Shown here piece after piece: positions 29,529 through 38,364 of a DNA stretch of 64,000 nucleotides. Positions within the stretch are counted from its first letter, which is position 1. The number at the start of each line of letters is the position of its first letter. Source of the DNA: Holophagales bacterium (GTDB lineage: Bacteria > Acidobacteriota > Thermoanaerobaculia > UBA5066); the NCBI GenBank assembly GCA_016714815.1, contig JADKBZ010000014.1:83320-147319 (forward strand), in the 5' to 3' direction. The notes beneath the pieces were generated by a model that saw nothing but the letters and a program-made list of their open reading frames with translations, was not told the origin of the DNA and did no database searches. The position numbers and the translations under genes were made by a program.

Positions 29529-30461
29529 TCACGGAAGCGGAAGGTCCCTGAAGACGAACGTGTGGCGGACGAGGCTCTTCTCCGACTGCATCAGGACCTT
29601 CATCGTCCAGTCGGGCTTCGGCTTCTCGCCCCAGAACTCGAGGACCATGAACCCGGCCTGCTCGGACCTTCCGCTGAATTTCGGCTCGCCCTTGCCGTCG
29701 ACGAGCTTGATGTCCTGGATCGCTTTCTTCGGGTCATTGACGCGGAGAACGATCTGCTCCTCGCCCCCTTTCGGGAACGAGTAGAGGGCGCTCTCGACCA
29801 GTTCCTTGAGCTGGTCCTCCTCGGTGAGCCCGTCCTTCTTCAGCTTCGCGCGCTCGGCCGCCTCGGCCTTCTTCCGCTCCGCGGTCACCTGCGCCTGGGA
29901 GAGGACCCCGATCTCGACCCCGGTCGCTTTCAGCGCCGGGTGGGAAAGGGGCTTGCCCCCCATCGACAGAATCTTCGGGAAGGCCGCCTCGCCGTTCGGG
30001 TCGCGGCTCGGGACGTAGAGCTCGATCTCGCCGGAAACCTCCTTCAGCAGCTTCGCCTTGCGGGGAGGGTTCTTCATCTCGGCAAAGACGATCGTGGGCG
30101 GGGCGGGCCCCTCCTTCGGATTCCCGAACTGGCCCCGCTGCGTCGGCTCGAGGCGCGCGCTCGCGGCGTCGTCGGGAACGAGGTTCGTCCCGAGGTCGTC
30201 GACCGCCTTCCTCACGACCACGCGCGACGCCTTCGCGTCGGCGGCCGGGATGTCGGGCAGCTCGATCCCGAGCGTGCAGCGCGGGAAGCTCCCCGACGAG
30301 CGCCGGTCCTGGACCGAAGTGAGCTTCGTGTTCGCGGGGGTCGCGGCAGCCGGCGCGGCGGCCCTGGCGGGGCCCGGCTTCGCCTTCGACTGTGCGGCCG
30401 CGGGCAGCGCGGCGAGGGCAGCGACCAGGAGGAGCGGAAGACTCTGGCTGGCGGCGTTCAC
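29529..30461 (-). CDS. Secreted hypothetical protein (paralog A of a tandem pair)
   Basis: Signal peptide MNAASQSLPLLLVAALAALPAAAQS. 310 aa, Lys/Glu-rich, ends ...FVFRDLPLP. No recognisable domain. Paralogous to the next gene. Confidence 0.5.
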   Translation of the reverse strand: MNAASQSLPLLLVAALAALPAAAQSKAKPGPARAAAPAAATPANTKLTSVQDRRSSGSFPRCTLGIELPDIPAADAKASRVVVRKAVDDLGTNLVPDDAASARLEPTQRGQFGNPKEGPAPPTIVFAEMKNPPRKAKLLKEVSGEIELYVPSRDPNGEAAFPKILSMGGKPLSHPALKATGVEIGVLSQAQVTAERKKAEAAERAKLKKDGLTEEDQLKELVESALYSFPKGGEEQIVLRVNDPKKAIQDIKLVDGKGEPKFSGRSEQAGFMVLEFWGEKPKPDWTMKVLMQSEKSLVRHTFVFRDLPLP

Positions 30462-31369
30462 GGGAGCGGGACCTCCTTGATGTCGAAGGGGACGGAAACG
30501 ATGGCCTTGTCGGTGAAAAGGCTGACGACGAGGACGGCGTCCTTCGGCAGCTCCTTCTTCACGTCGATCTGCTTAAGGACCGTCTCCCCGGCCGTTCGCC
30601 CCGCCGAGCCTCCGGTCTCGATCCGTTCGCCCGACGCCGTTTCGAGCCAGAAGTCCTGAATCTTCTCCTCGCCCGCCTTCGGGATCCGCAGGTAGAGGCC
30701 GTGCTCCGGGAAGTCCGACGCCCCGATCTCGTCGAAGGCCTTCGCCATCTCGATGAGGCTTTCGACCTCCCCGTCCTTCATCCCGCGCTCCTTCGCCTCT
30801 GCGCGGATCGCGGCGATCTTCTTCTCGTCGAGCCGGTCCTTCTTCAGCTCCTCGACGTAGCTATCCTTCGAGAGGACCGTCACCTCGACCTTCGCGGCGC
30901 CGAGCCCCTTCGACGGCACCGGCTTGCCCGGACGGGCGAGGAACCCCGGCACCTTCACGAGGCTGTTCGGGTCCCGCATAGGGATGAAGAGATCCGCGGT
31001 CCCCGACAGCCGCACCGACGCCGCGCCGCGCGGCGGGTTCTCGAGGGTGACCTGGATGTTTCCGGCGTTGCTGTTGCGGTCGCTGAACTCGGCCCGGGAG
31101 GCTTTCGGATTGACGAGGCTCTTCCCGGTGTCGTCCTTGGCTTCCTTCACGCGGATCCGCGCCGACTTCACGTCGTCGAGGCCGTCTCCGGCGAGGTTCA
31201 GCGTCAGGACGAGCCCTCCCGTCGCCATCTCCGCCGAGATCCGGTCGTCGGCGACCTCGGCGACGACCACCTTCACGTTGCCCTGCCCCGCCGCCGGCAG
31301 GGTCGCTCCCAGCGCGGAGAGCGCAAAGAGCGCGCCGACACGACACGTCCCGATTCGTTTCATGGTCAC
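30458..31369 (-). CDS. Secreted hypothetical protein (paralog B of a tandem pair)
   Basis: Signal peptide MTMKRIGTCRVGALFALSALGATLPAAGQG. 303 aa, ends ...FDIKEVPLP. Shares blocks with paralog A (RDPN, GKP..S, EELKKD / KKAEAAERAK, C-terminal xLPLP). The 4-nt overlap suggests co-transcription. Confidence 0.5.
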   Translation of the reverse strand: MTMKRIGTCRVGALFALSALGATLPAAGQGNVKVVVAEVADDRISAEMATGGLVLTLNLAGDGLDDVKSARIRVKEAKDDTGKSLVNPKASRAEFSDRNSNAGNIQVTLENPPRGAASVRLSGTADLFIPMRDPNSLVKVPGFLARPGKPVPSKGLGAAKVEVTVLSKDSYVEELKKDRLDEKKIAAIRAEAKERGMKDGEVESLIEMAKAFDEIGASDFPEHGLYLRIPKAGEEKIQDFWLETASGERIETGGSAGRTAGETVLKQIDVKKELPKDAVLVVSLFTDKAIVSVPFDIKEVPLP

Positions 31370-31515
31370 CTCACGACTGTTGTCGGGCGGAGGCTATCGC
31401 GCTTACCACGGCGCCGCCTCGTGACCATCGTCACCGATCCGCCACTCAGGCACCGCGGCCGGACCGCACCCCGATTCGGCCTCGCCGGCGCGGACGCGGT
31501 AACATCCGCGCTGGC

Positions 31516-31592
31516 GGGCCGTTAGCTCAGTTGGTTAGAGCATCTGCCTTTTAAGCAGGGGGTCCCGGGTTCGAGTCCCGGACGGCTCACCA
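31516..31592 (+). tRNA. tRNA-Lys (anticodon TTT), with CCA encoded
   Basis: GGGCCGT acceptor pairs with ACGGCTC. D-arm GCTCAGTTGGTTAGAGC. Anticodon stem-loop TCTGC-CTTTTAA-GCAGG. T-arm CCGGGTTCGAGTCCCGG. Discriminator A, then CCA. Confidence 0.85.
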
Positions 31593-31697
31593 GTACCCCC
31601 ACTCTTTTCGACGAAGCACGACGGGCGCCGCGATTCTCGCTGACGCCCTTGACCCCGTCCGAGGGAGCGTCGACTCTCTTCGGCGGAGGAGGCCGAG

Positions 31698-32441
31698 ATG
31701 GAGATCGCAGGAAAGACCGCTCTCGTCACCGGCGCGAGCCGGGGCATCGGCGCCGCCATCGCGCGGGCGCTGGCCGCCGAAGGCGCTCGCGTCGCGGTGA
31801 ACTACCACCAGTCGGAGGCGAAGGCCCTTGCCCTGGTGGAGGAGATCCGCGCCAATGGCGGACGGGCCGTCGCGATCCAGGCGGATTCGCGGAACGCGGT
31901 GGAGCTTCAGGCCATGGCCGACCGGGTGAAGGCGGAGCTCGGCCCCATCGGCATTTGCGTCCTCAACGCCTCCATCGGTTTCCCCGTGACCAGTTTCCTG
32001 GAATACCCCTGGGAGGCGTTCGAGGCCAAGTTCGGCGGCGAGCTGGCGGCGGCCTTCCACGGCTGCCGTGCCGTGGTGCCGCAGATGCTGGAACTGAAGG
32101 AAGGCAGCATCGTGGCCATCTCCAGCAGCCTGGCGCGCAGCCCGGGCTGGGGCTTCTGCGCTCACAGCGCCGCCAAGGCCGGGCTGGAGGGCCTCGTTCG
32201 AGCCCTCGCCTTCGAGCTCGGTCCGATGGGCATTCGAGTGAATGCGGTCGCGCCGGGGCTCACGCTCACCGACGCGACTTCCTTCATGCCCGCGGAGATG
32301 AAGAAGGCCTCAGCCGAGCACACTCCTCTTCGCCGGAATGCCCTTCCCGAGGACATGGCCGAGGCCGTGCTGGGAGTCCTCAAGGCCGGATTCGTCACCG
32401 GGGCCACGGTGCCGGTGAACGGGGGGCTGCTGGTCAACTGA
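31698..32441 (+). CDS. SDR family oxidoreductase (FabG-like 3-oxoacyl reductase family)
   Basis: KTALVTGASRGIGAAIARALA (TGxxxGxG)...NASIG...S..Y..AK (ISSSLARSPGWGFCAHSAAKAG, catalytic YxxxK-like)...VNAVAPG. Confidence 0.75.
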   Translation: MEIAGKTALVTGASRGIGAAIARALAAEGARVAVNYHQSEAKALALVEEIRANGGRAVAIQADSRNAVELQAMADRVKAELGPIGICVLNASIGFPVTSFLEYPWEAFEAKFGGELAAAFHGCRAVVPQMLELKEGSIVAISSSLARSPGWGFCAHSAAKAGLEGLVRALAFELGPMGIRVNAVAPGLTLTDATSFMPAEMKKASAEHTPLRRNALPEDMAEAVLGVLKAGFVTGATVPVNGGLLVN

Positions 32442-33411
32442 GGAGCGCGGGTCGGGCCGCGAGCGCCTCCTCCACCAGACCGACGCGGCCCTGGATCAGG
32501 ACGGCGGGAGCCTCGCCCTCCCTGCGGGCCCTGACGACGCGCCCATGGGCGAGGAATCCCCGGCCGACCTTGCGTTCGAGCTCGAGCAGGAGCGGCTGCC
32601 ACTGCGCCGCGTCCGCCTTCGCGAGGTACCCCACCGGCTCGATGAAATCCGGCCGCACGACCGCGATCACCGCGACGATTCTCGAGTCGTGCGTGTGGCC
32701 CGGCTCCGGTTTCAGCCAGGCGTCGAAGCTGCCGCTGAGGGCGTCGCTGCCGAGGACCCGCCCGGCGAGCCTGTCGACCACTGCCCGGAAGGAGGAGTCC
32801 CCGACGACCTCGAGCTCACCGTCCTGCTGGCTTCCCCAGCGTCTCAGGAAGCGGTGCTGGAACCTGGCGCCGACCACCTCGAGCTCCTCGGCCGGCCCCA
32901 CGTTGCCGCCCCAGCGCCACTCGAACTCGGACCCCACGGAGGGCTGCGCGATGCGCGGCGCCGGTGAGGTGACCGGCGAGGACGGAAGAGGCCGGCCGGC
33001 CGGAGCAGGTTTCCGGGTGACCGGTCGGCTCCCGGTCGCGGAACGCCGCACGAAGACGAGCACCGCCACGACGGCGAGGGCTACGAGGCCGGCCACGGCG
33101 AGAACCGGGAACCGCGCGGTCTCCTTCGGGGGAGCCGGCGTGGCGGCCTCCCACGCGAACGTCGGCCTCGGGGCCGGCAGCTCGAACGGAGCGCTCACGG
33201 GGGCCGCCTCGATCGTCGGGAGCGGTTGAGGGGTCGGAGACTTCGCGGCCGGGACCACCGTCGGCAATACGAGGGAGCCCTTTCGCCCGGCAGCGATCTC
33301 GGAAAGCGTCTTCGCCCGAACGGGCTCCGCGGCCCGGAGCTCGACCGGCCTGGATGCCGGGGCCGCCGTCGGGTAGGTCGTCAGCTGAGCGAGGAGAACG
33401 AGAGTCAGCAC
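32434..33411 (-). CDS. Hypothetical single-pass membrane protein with a Pro-rich stalk and a C-terminal HIRAN-like domain
   Basis: TM helix FPVLAVAGLVALAVVAVLVFV. C-terminal ...ELEVVGDSSFRAVVDRLAG...WLKPEPGHTHDSRIVAVIAV resembles the HIRAN consensus (evvGesyyq...L.rEPdNpyD.nAirV), with a partial earlier copy ELEVVGARFQHRFL. Weak call. Confidence 0.35.
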   Translation of the reverse strand: MLTLVLLAQLTTYPTAAPASRPVELRAAEPVRAKTLSEIAAGRKGSLVLPTVVPAAKSPTPQPLPTIEAAPVSAPFELPAPRPTFAWEAATPAPPKETARFPVLAVAGLVALAVVAVLVFVRRSATGSRPVTRKPAPAGRPLPSSPVTSPAPRIAQPSVGSEFEWRWGGNVGPAEELEVVGARFQHRFLRRWGSQQDGELEVVGDSSFRAVVDRLAGRVLGSDALSGSFDAWLKPEPGHTHDSRIVAVIAVVRPDFIEPVGYLAKADAAQWQPLLLELERKVGRGFLAHGRVVRARREGEAPAVLIQGRVGLVEEALAARPALLS

Positions 33412-33448
33412 GGGTCCGCCACTCCTGTCTATCCCGGCGATCCGCGGG

Positions 33449-33706
33449 TCAGTCGTCGAGGGTGAAGCGCGGGAGCCCCTCCGCGGTCGGAATCGCTCGA
33501 AGCTGCTCGCCGCTCCACTGGAAGCTCTTCACGAACCGAGCGTACTCCTCGAGCGACATCGGTCCGGGGCGGTTCCGCTCGAGGGCTTCGGCGATCGCGC
33601 CGGTCGCAATCGGCAGCTCGTCGAGGACGAGCCACTCAGGATCGACAGCGTAGCCTCTCCCAGAGTTCGACGAGTCCGGCTCGAATGAATGGCTCACGTG
33701 CTTCAT
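33449..33706 (-). CDS. Small hypothetical ORF downstream of (and overlapping) the nucleotidyltransferase-fold gene. Possible partner protein
   Basis: 85 aa from the internal Met MKHVSHSFEPDSS...LEEYARFVKSFQWSGEQLRAIP. No recognisable motif. May be spurious. Confidence 0.2.
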   Translation of the reverse strand: MKHVSHSFEPDSSNSGRGYAVDPEWLVLDELPIATGAIAEALERNRPGPMSLEEYARFVKSFQWSGEQLRAIPTAEGLPRFTLDD

Positions 33707-34184
33707 TCTCGCTGATTCCGGGGAGCGCGAGTAGAAACGCGAGGTCCGGCCCATCCCGCAGCGCCCTGGTCGCGCGCCCCTGGATCGCTCGGACCTTCAT
33801 GGCGACGAGATGCTCCGGTTTCGGAGCCAGCATTCTCGTTCCACCTGGACCGGGGCGTTCCGTCGCTCCGGCAAAGAGCTTTCTGCTCGTCTCCCCCTCG
33901 ACCCAGATCAGGTCGAGCCGGCCCAGCGCCGGGTCCGGGTGGAGGAGGTTCGTGAAGCCCTCCGAATCGAAGAGCGTCTCGAAACCCTCGGCCGCGAGGC
34001 GCGGAAGGAGGTCCGCCCTCGCCGCGTCGTCGACGAGGAGATCGAGGTCCGCCGTCGCGCGCGTCGAGCCCCACGCTGCGAGAGCGAAGCCGCCCGCGAG
34101 CATCCACTTCGCCCCGCACTCCTCGAGGTGCGGCCGGAGCAGGTCGAGAAGCCGGACCACGTCCATCCCTCCCGATCTTGGCAC
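33636..34184 (-). CDS. Nucleotidyltransferase-fold protein (AbiEii / MNT-like minimal nucleotidyltransferase family). Possible toxin-antitoxin component
   Basis: MDVVRLLDLLRPHLEECGAKWMLAGGFALAAWGSTRATADLDLLVDD contains the G[GS]x9-13Dx[DE] Pol-beta-type nucleotidyltransferase motif (GGFALAAWGSTRATADLDLLV). Confidence 0.4.
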   Translation of the reverse strand: MPRSGGMDVVRLLDLLRPHLEECGAKWMLAGGFALAAWGSTRATADLDLLVDDAARADLLPRLAAEGFETLFDSEGFTNLLHPDPALGRLDLIWVEGETSRKLFAGATERPGPGGTRMLAPKPEHLVAMKVRAIQGRATRALRDGPDLAFLLALPGISENEAREPFIRAGLVELWERLRCRS

Positions 34185-34250
34185 GCACGAGCCAGCCGCG
34201 CTGCCCCGTGGTAAATTCCGTTCGCCGTCGAGAGGCGGTCCTTCCCGGGT

Positions 34251-34326
34251 GCCCCCATCGTCTAGCGGTCCAGGACGCTACCCTTTCAAGGTAGAGATCG
34301 CGGGTTCAAATCCCGCTGGGGTACCA
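34251..34326 (+). tRNA. tRNA-Glu (anticodon TTC). Acceptor-stem pairs 1-72 and 2-71 are mismatched as read
   Basis: GCCCCCA-TC-GTC-TAGCGGTCCAG-GAC-G-CTACC-CTTTCAA-GGTAG-AGATC-GCGGG-TTCAAAT-CCCGC-TGGGGTA-CCA. D, anticodon (TTC) and T arms are canonical. Only the last two acceptor pairs (C2:T71, G1:A72) fail. Confidence 0.6.
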
Positions 34327-34605
34327 CTCTTCACCCGCCCGGTCGCGCTCATGGCGGCGTTCGTCCTCCCGGCAGCCGCCGGCACCCTTTCGAGATCGTG
34401 TCCAAGCCTTCCGGCGTGCTCGGGCAGGTGAGTGGCCACGCCGGCGTTCACTCCCTCCCATACCGCCCGGAGACGAAGGCGACGAGCTCCATCGTCGGCA
34501 CGGCGGGGACACGACCGCAACTCCTCCTCCTCCCTCCGCGTAAGATGCCGGGTCCGCCCGCCGGGCCCTTCCGGCCTCGCGCGGGGAAACGCAGGGAGGA
34601 AGCCG

Positions 34606-36752
34606 ATGAAAAGAGGACTCGCAGCCGTCGCGGCCGTCGCGATGGCGATGCCGTGCCTGGCGCAGCCCGCCGCCGAATCGAAGCCCGGGACGAACCCGTT
34701 CTTCACCGAGTGGGCGACGCCGTTCGGGATGGCTCCGTTCGACACGATCCGTCCCGAGCACTTCGTGCCGGCGTTCGAGGAGGGGATCGCCCAGCGGAAG
34801 AAGGAGATCGAGGCGATCGCCACGAATCCGGCGGCGCCGACCTTTCAGAACACGGTGGAGGCGCTCGAGAACGGCGGACTGGCGCTGTCGAAGGTGAGCG
34901 ACGTCTTCTTCACCCTCACCGGCGCCGAGACGAACGACGGGTTGCAGGCGATCAACAAGCAGGTGGCCCCGCTCCTTTCGGCGCTCCGGGACGACGTCCG
35001 CCTCAACGAGACCCTCTTCGCCCGGGTCAAGGCGGTCTGGGAAAAGCGCGACGAGGCGAAGCTGACGCCCGAGCAGAAGCGGCTCGTGGAAGAGACGTAC
35101 AAGGACTTCGTCCGGGGCGGCGCGAACCTGGCCCCCGCGCACAAGACGCGATTTCGCCAGATCAACCAGGACCTCTCCAGCCTCGGAATCCGCTTCGGCG
35201 ACAACCTCCTGAAGGAGATGAACTCCTGGCGCCTCGTCGTCGAGAAGAAGGAAGACCTCGCCGGGCTCCCGCCCGGCGTCGTGGCGGCCGCCGCCGACGC
35301 GGCGAAGGCGGCGAAGCTGGAAGGCAAGTGGGTTTTCACCCTCCAGTCGCCCTCGATCTGGCCGTTCCTCACGTTCGCAGAGAACCGTGAGCTTCGGAAA
35401 CAGATCCTGACCGCCTACACGACCCGCGGGGACCACGGCGACGAGACGGACAACAAGCTCCTCCTCACGAAGATCGCCTCCCTGCGCGCCGAACGGGCGA
35501 AGCTCCTCGGTTTCCCGACGTGGGCCGACTTCGTTCTCGACGACACCATGGCGAAGACCCCGGCGCGGGTCTACGAGCTCCTCGACCGGGTCTGGAAGCC
35601 GGCCCTCGAGGTCGCGAAGACCGACGCGAAGAGGACCTCGCCGCCGCGCTGAAGGCCGACGGAAAGACCGGTCCGCTCGAGCCGTGGGACTGGCGCTACT
35701 ACGCCGAGAAAGTCCGCAAGGCGCGCTACGACCTCGACGACCAGGCGCTGCGGCCCTACTTCGCGCTCGACCGCGTGCGCGAGGGTGCCTTCTCCGTCGC
35801 GAACCGGCTCTACGGGATCACGTTCACCGAGCGGACCGAGGTTCCGAAGTACCACCCGGAGGTGAAGACCTTCGAGGTGAAGGACGCCGACGGCTCGTTC
35901 CTCGCGCTCTACACGACCGACTACCACCCGCGCCCCGGCAAGCGGGGCGGGGCCTGGTGCGGCCGGCTGCGCGACCAGTGGGTGAAGGACGGCAAGGACG
36001 TCCGCCCCGTCGTCACGAACGTCATGAACTTCACGCGCCCCGCGGGCGACGCTCCCGCGCTCCTCTCGCTGGAGGAGGTCCAGACCCTCTTCCACGAGTT
36101 CGGTCACGGCCTCCACCGGATCCTCTCGCGCGTGACGTACCGGTCGATGGCGGGAGTCCCGCGCGACTTCGTCGAGCTCCCCTCGCAGATCATGGAAAAC
36201 TGGGCGCTCGAGCCCGAAGTGCTGAGGGGCTACGCGAAGCACTGGAAGACCAGCGAGCCGATTCCCGCCCCTCTCGTCGAGAAGATCGGGAAGTCGGAGC
36301 TCTACGGCCAGGGCTTCGCGACCGTCGAGTACGCGGCCGCGGCCTACCTCGACATGAACTGGCACACCCTGACCGACGCGAAGCTCGAGGACGCGACAGC
36401 CTTCGAGAAGGCGTCGCTCGGGAAGATCGGGCTCATCCCCGAGATCGTCTCCCGCTACCGGAGCCCCTACTTCCAGCACATCTTCGGACCCGGCGGGGGC
36501 TACTCCGCCGGCTACTACAGCTATCTCTGGAGCGAGGTCCTCGACGCCGACGCCTTCCAGGCGTTCCGCGAGAAGGGGATCTTCGACAAGGCGACCGCCA
36601 CGGCGTTCCGGAAGAACATCCTCGAGAAGGGGGGCACTGCCGAGGCAATGTCTCTCTACAAGGGCTTCCGCGGCCGCGAGCCCTCCGTCCAGCCGCTCCT
36701 GGTGCGGCGCGGCTTCGCGAAGGCTGCGGTGCCGGCCCCGGCTACGAACTGA
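34606..36752 (+). pseudogene. dcp: Peptidyl-dipeptidase Dcp / oligopeptidase A family (peptidase M3) with a -1 frameshift at ~35628. Probably an intact gene with a base-deletion error
   Basis: Signal peptide MKRGLAAVAAVAMAMPCLA. Frame 1 up to ...VWKPALEVAKTDAK. It continues in frame 0 with EEDLAAALKADGKTGPLEPWDWRYYAEKVRKARYDLDDQ...TLFHEFGHGLH (the HEXXH zinc motif)...GGGYSAGYYSYLWSEVLDADAF. RBS GGAGGA lies upstream of the ATG at 34606. Confidence 0.8.
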
Positions 36753-36804
36753 CGAGACCCTGGAGGGCCGCCCTCCTCATCGGGGGCGGCCCTCCTCGCC
36801 CGGG

Positions 36805-37737
36805 TCAGGCGCGAGCGTAGACGGGCAGCAGGAAGACCGCCTTGTAGTCGATTCCCGGGATCTCGGCCTTCACCTCGAGCTCCCAGTAGCGCGGCTCGTC
36901 GGCGGAGAGACTCGTCGACAGCTCCGGCTGGTCGGGCAGGCGAAACGAGAGCTGGAGGGGAGGAGAGTCCTCGGTGATCAGGGCGACGAGCCGGGCCGGG
37001 GGGCCCTGCCCGAGGTCGACCTCCCCCGCCGCGTACTCGCGCTCGTCCTCGTAAAGGGCGTAGGCCACCACACCGTTCGACTTGCCACGCCGTTCGACTT
37101 TCTCCTCGACGCACCGAAGGGTCAGCTTCAGGTTCGTGTAGCCGCGCAGGCGGGCAGAGCCTCCGAGCGAGGCGTCCAGCTCGTCACCCAGAAAGAACGG
37201 GAAACGGGCGAACTGCAGCTCGCTCGCTCCGTATTTGAGGCGCTGCAGCCATCGATAGGCGACGAATCCCCAGCCCACGGCGGCGAGGAGTCCGAAGACC
37301 AGACCGAACGGGAAGAAGTAGACACAGAACGGCGTCACGAAGACGCTGACGGCCACCATCCCCACGACGTCCGTCACGGTCTTCCCGACCGTCCCGAGGC
37401 GGTAGGCCTGCGGGTCCCACGGGTGATCCCAGTACCACGGTTCCCATGGACGCTCCCGCTGACGCCGACGCACCCGCAGACCTCGCAACAGGCCCGCGAC
37501 GCCCGACCCGATGACCACGAGCCCGGCCAGGAGAAAGAGCCCTCCAATGGCGCCGACGATGAGACGGCTCGCGTGAAACGACGAGTCCTCCGCCGGGAGG
37601 ACGCCGCTCGACGCCAGGATCATGAACCCGCCCATCGCGGCGAACGGCAGACCGAAGAGAACGGCGCAACCGCCCTTCAGCGCCACACTCCGCCGCGTCT
37701 CGTGTCCGACGAGCTCCCGCTTCCCGGCGCTCCTCAC
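36805..37737 (-). CDS. Hypothetical 4-TM membrane protein with a C-terminal soluble domain, co-transcribed downstream of the FtsH-like gene
   Basis: From a GTG: MRSAGKRELVGHETRRSVALKGGCAVLFGLPFAAMGGFMILASSGV... Four hydrophobic helices, then a C-terminal ~130-aa domain (...YALYEDEREYAAGEVDLGQGPPARLVALITEDSPPLQLSFRLPDQPE...). No recognisable family. Confidence 0.45.
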   Translation of the reverse strand: MRSAGKRELVGHETRRSVALKGGCAVLFGLPFAAMGGFMILASSGVLPAEDSSFHASRLIVGAIGGLFLLAGLVVIGSGVAGLLRGLRVRRRQRERPWEPWYWDHPWDPQAYRLGTVGKTVTDVVGMVAVSVFVTPFCVYFFPFGLVFGLLAAVGWGFVAYRWLQRLKYGASELQFARFPFFLGDELDASLGGSARLRGYTNLKLTLRCVEEKVERRGKSNGVVAYALYEDEREYAAGEVDLGQGPPARLVALITEDSPPLQLSFRLPDQPELSTSLSADEPRYWELEVKAEIPGIDYKAVFLLPVYARA

Positions 37738-37805
37738 TCCGGGTAGCCTAGCAGCTCTTCCCCGGCCGGAATCCCGGCCAGCGCGCGTCCCGCCCGGGGC
37801 CGCGG

Positions 37806-38273
37806 CTATTCGAGAAGCTCTCCCGGGTGGCTCTGGCGGATGATCCGCGCGGCGAGCGACCCGGGGACGATCTCCTGCATCAGGAGCGCGTTGGCGAGCT
37901 CCTCCACCGGGGCCCAGAGGAACGCGAGGCGCACCGCCGTCTCGCGGAAGACGGCGTCGATCTCGAGTCCGGCCCGGCGCGCAAAGACGGCGATCCGGTG
38001 GGTGTCGATCTCGATGCCGACGTGCGGATCGACCGGGAGCTTCCCTCCGGCCATGATCACGGCGAGCGGACCGGCCGCCAGGAGGCGGAGGTAGACGTGC
38101 TGCTTCCTCCGGTCGGCGTCCGAGACCCCGGACGGGAACTCCTGTCCGACGAGGATGCGGCCCTGCGTGTGCTCTTCGGGGTAGATCGAGACCCGCGGGA
38201 GCCGGAGGCCGGCGTCCCACGCGACGACCGCGCGGCCGGCTTCGTGAAATGCGACGAGACGGCGGAACCTCAA
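37806..38273 (-). CDS. Stand-alone FtsH-like (peptidase M41) domain protein with a degenerate zinc motif, HEAGR instead of HEAGH. Putative pseudo-protease
   Basis: 155 aa. RRLVAFHEAGRAVVAWDAG...RVSIYPEEHTQGRILVG...RRKQHVYLRLLAAGPLAVIMAGGK aligns to the FtsH protease domain (vAyHEaGHAlvg...kVtIiPRG.alG...L.vllgGRaAEe..fG). No AAA+ module and no TM segment. Confidence 0.5.
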   Translation of the reverse strand: MRFRRLVAFHEAGRAVVAWDAGLRLPRVSIYPEEHTQGRILVGQEFPSGVSDADRRKQHVYLRLLAAGPLAVIMAGGKLPVDPHVGIEIDTHRIAVFARRAGLEIDAVFRETAVRLAFLWAPVEELANALLMQEIVPGSLAARIIRQSHPGELLE

Positions 38274-38364
38274 GGGAGCCTCCCGTTACAGATTACAGGT
38301 TCGGAAGACGGAAAGGTGCGACACCGGATCAGGCGGGACCCCTCCCCACACCTCTTTCGACTCC

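Noticed and set aside
26669-29551. 960-aa plus-strand ORF spanning hutH and purA
   Set aside because: Its upstream two-thirds is antisense to hutH (E/R/D/G-rich). Only the purA part, in a different listed ORF (28137..29465), is real.
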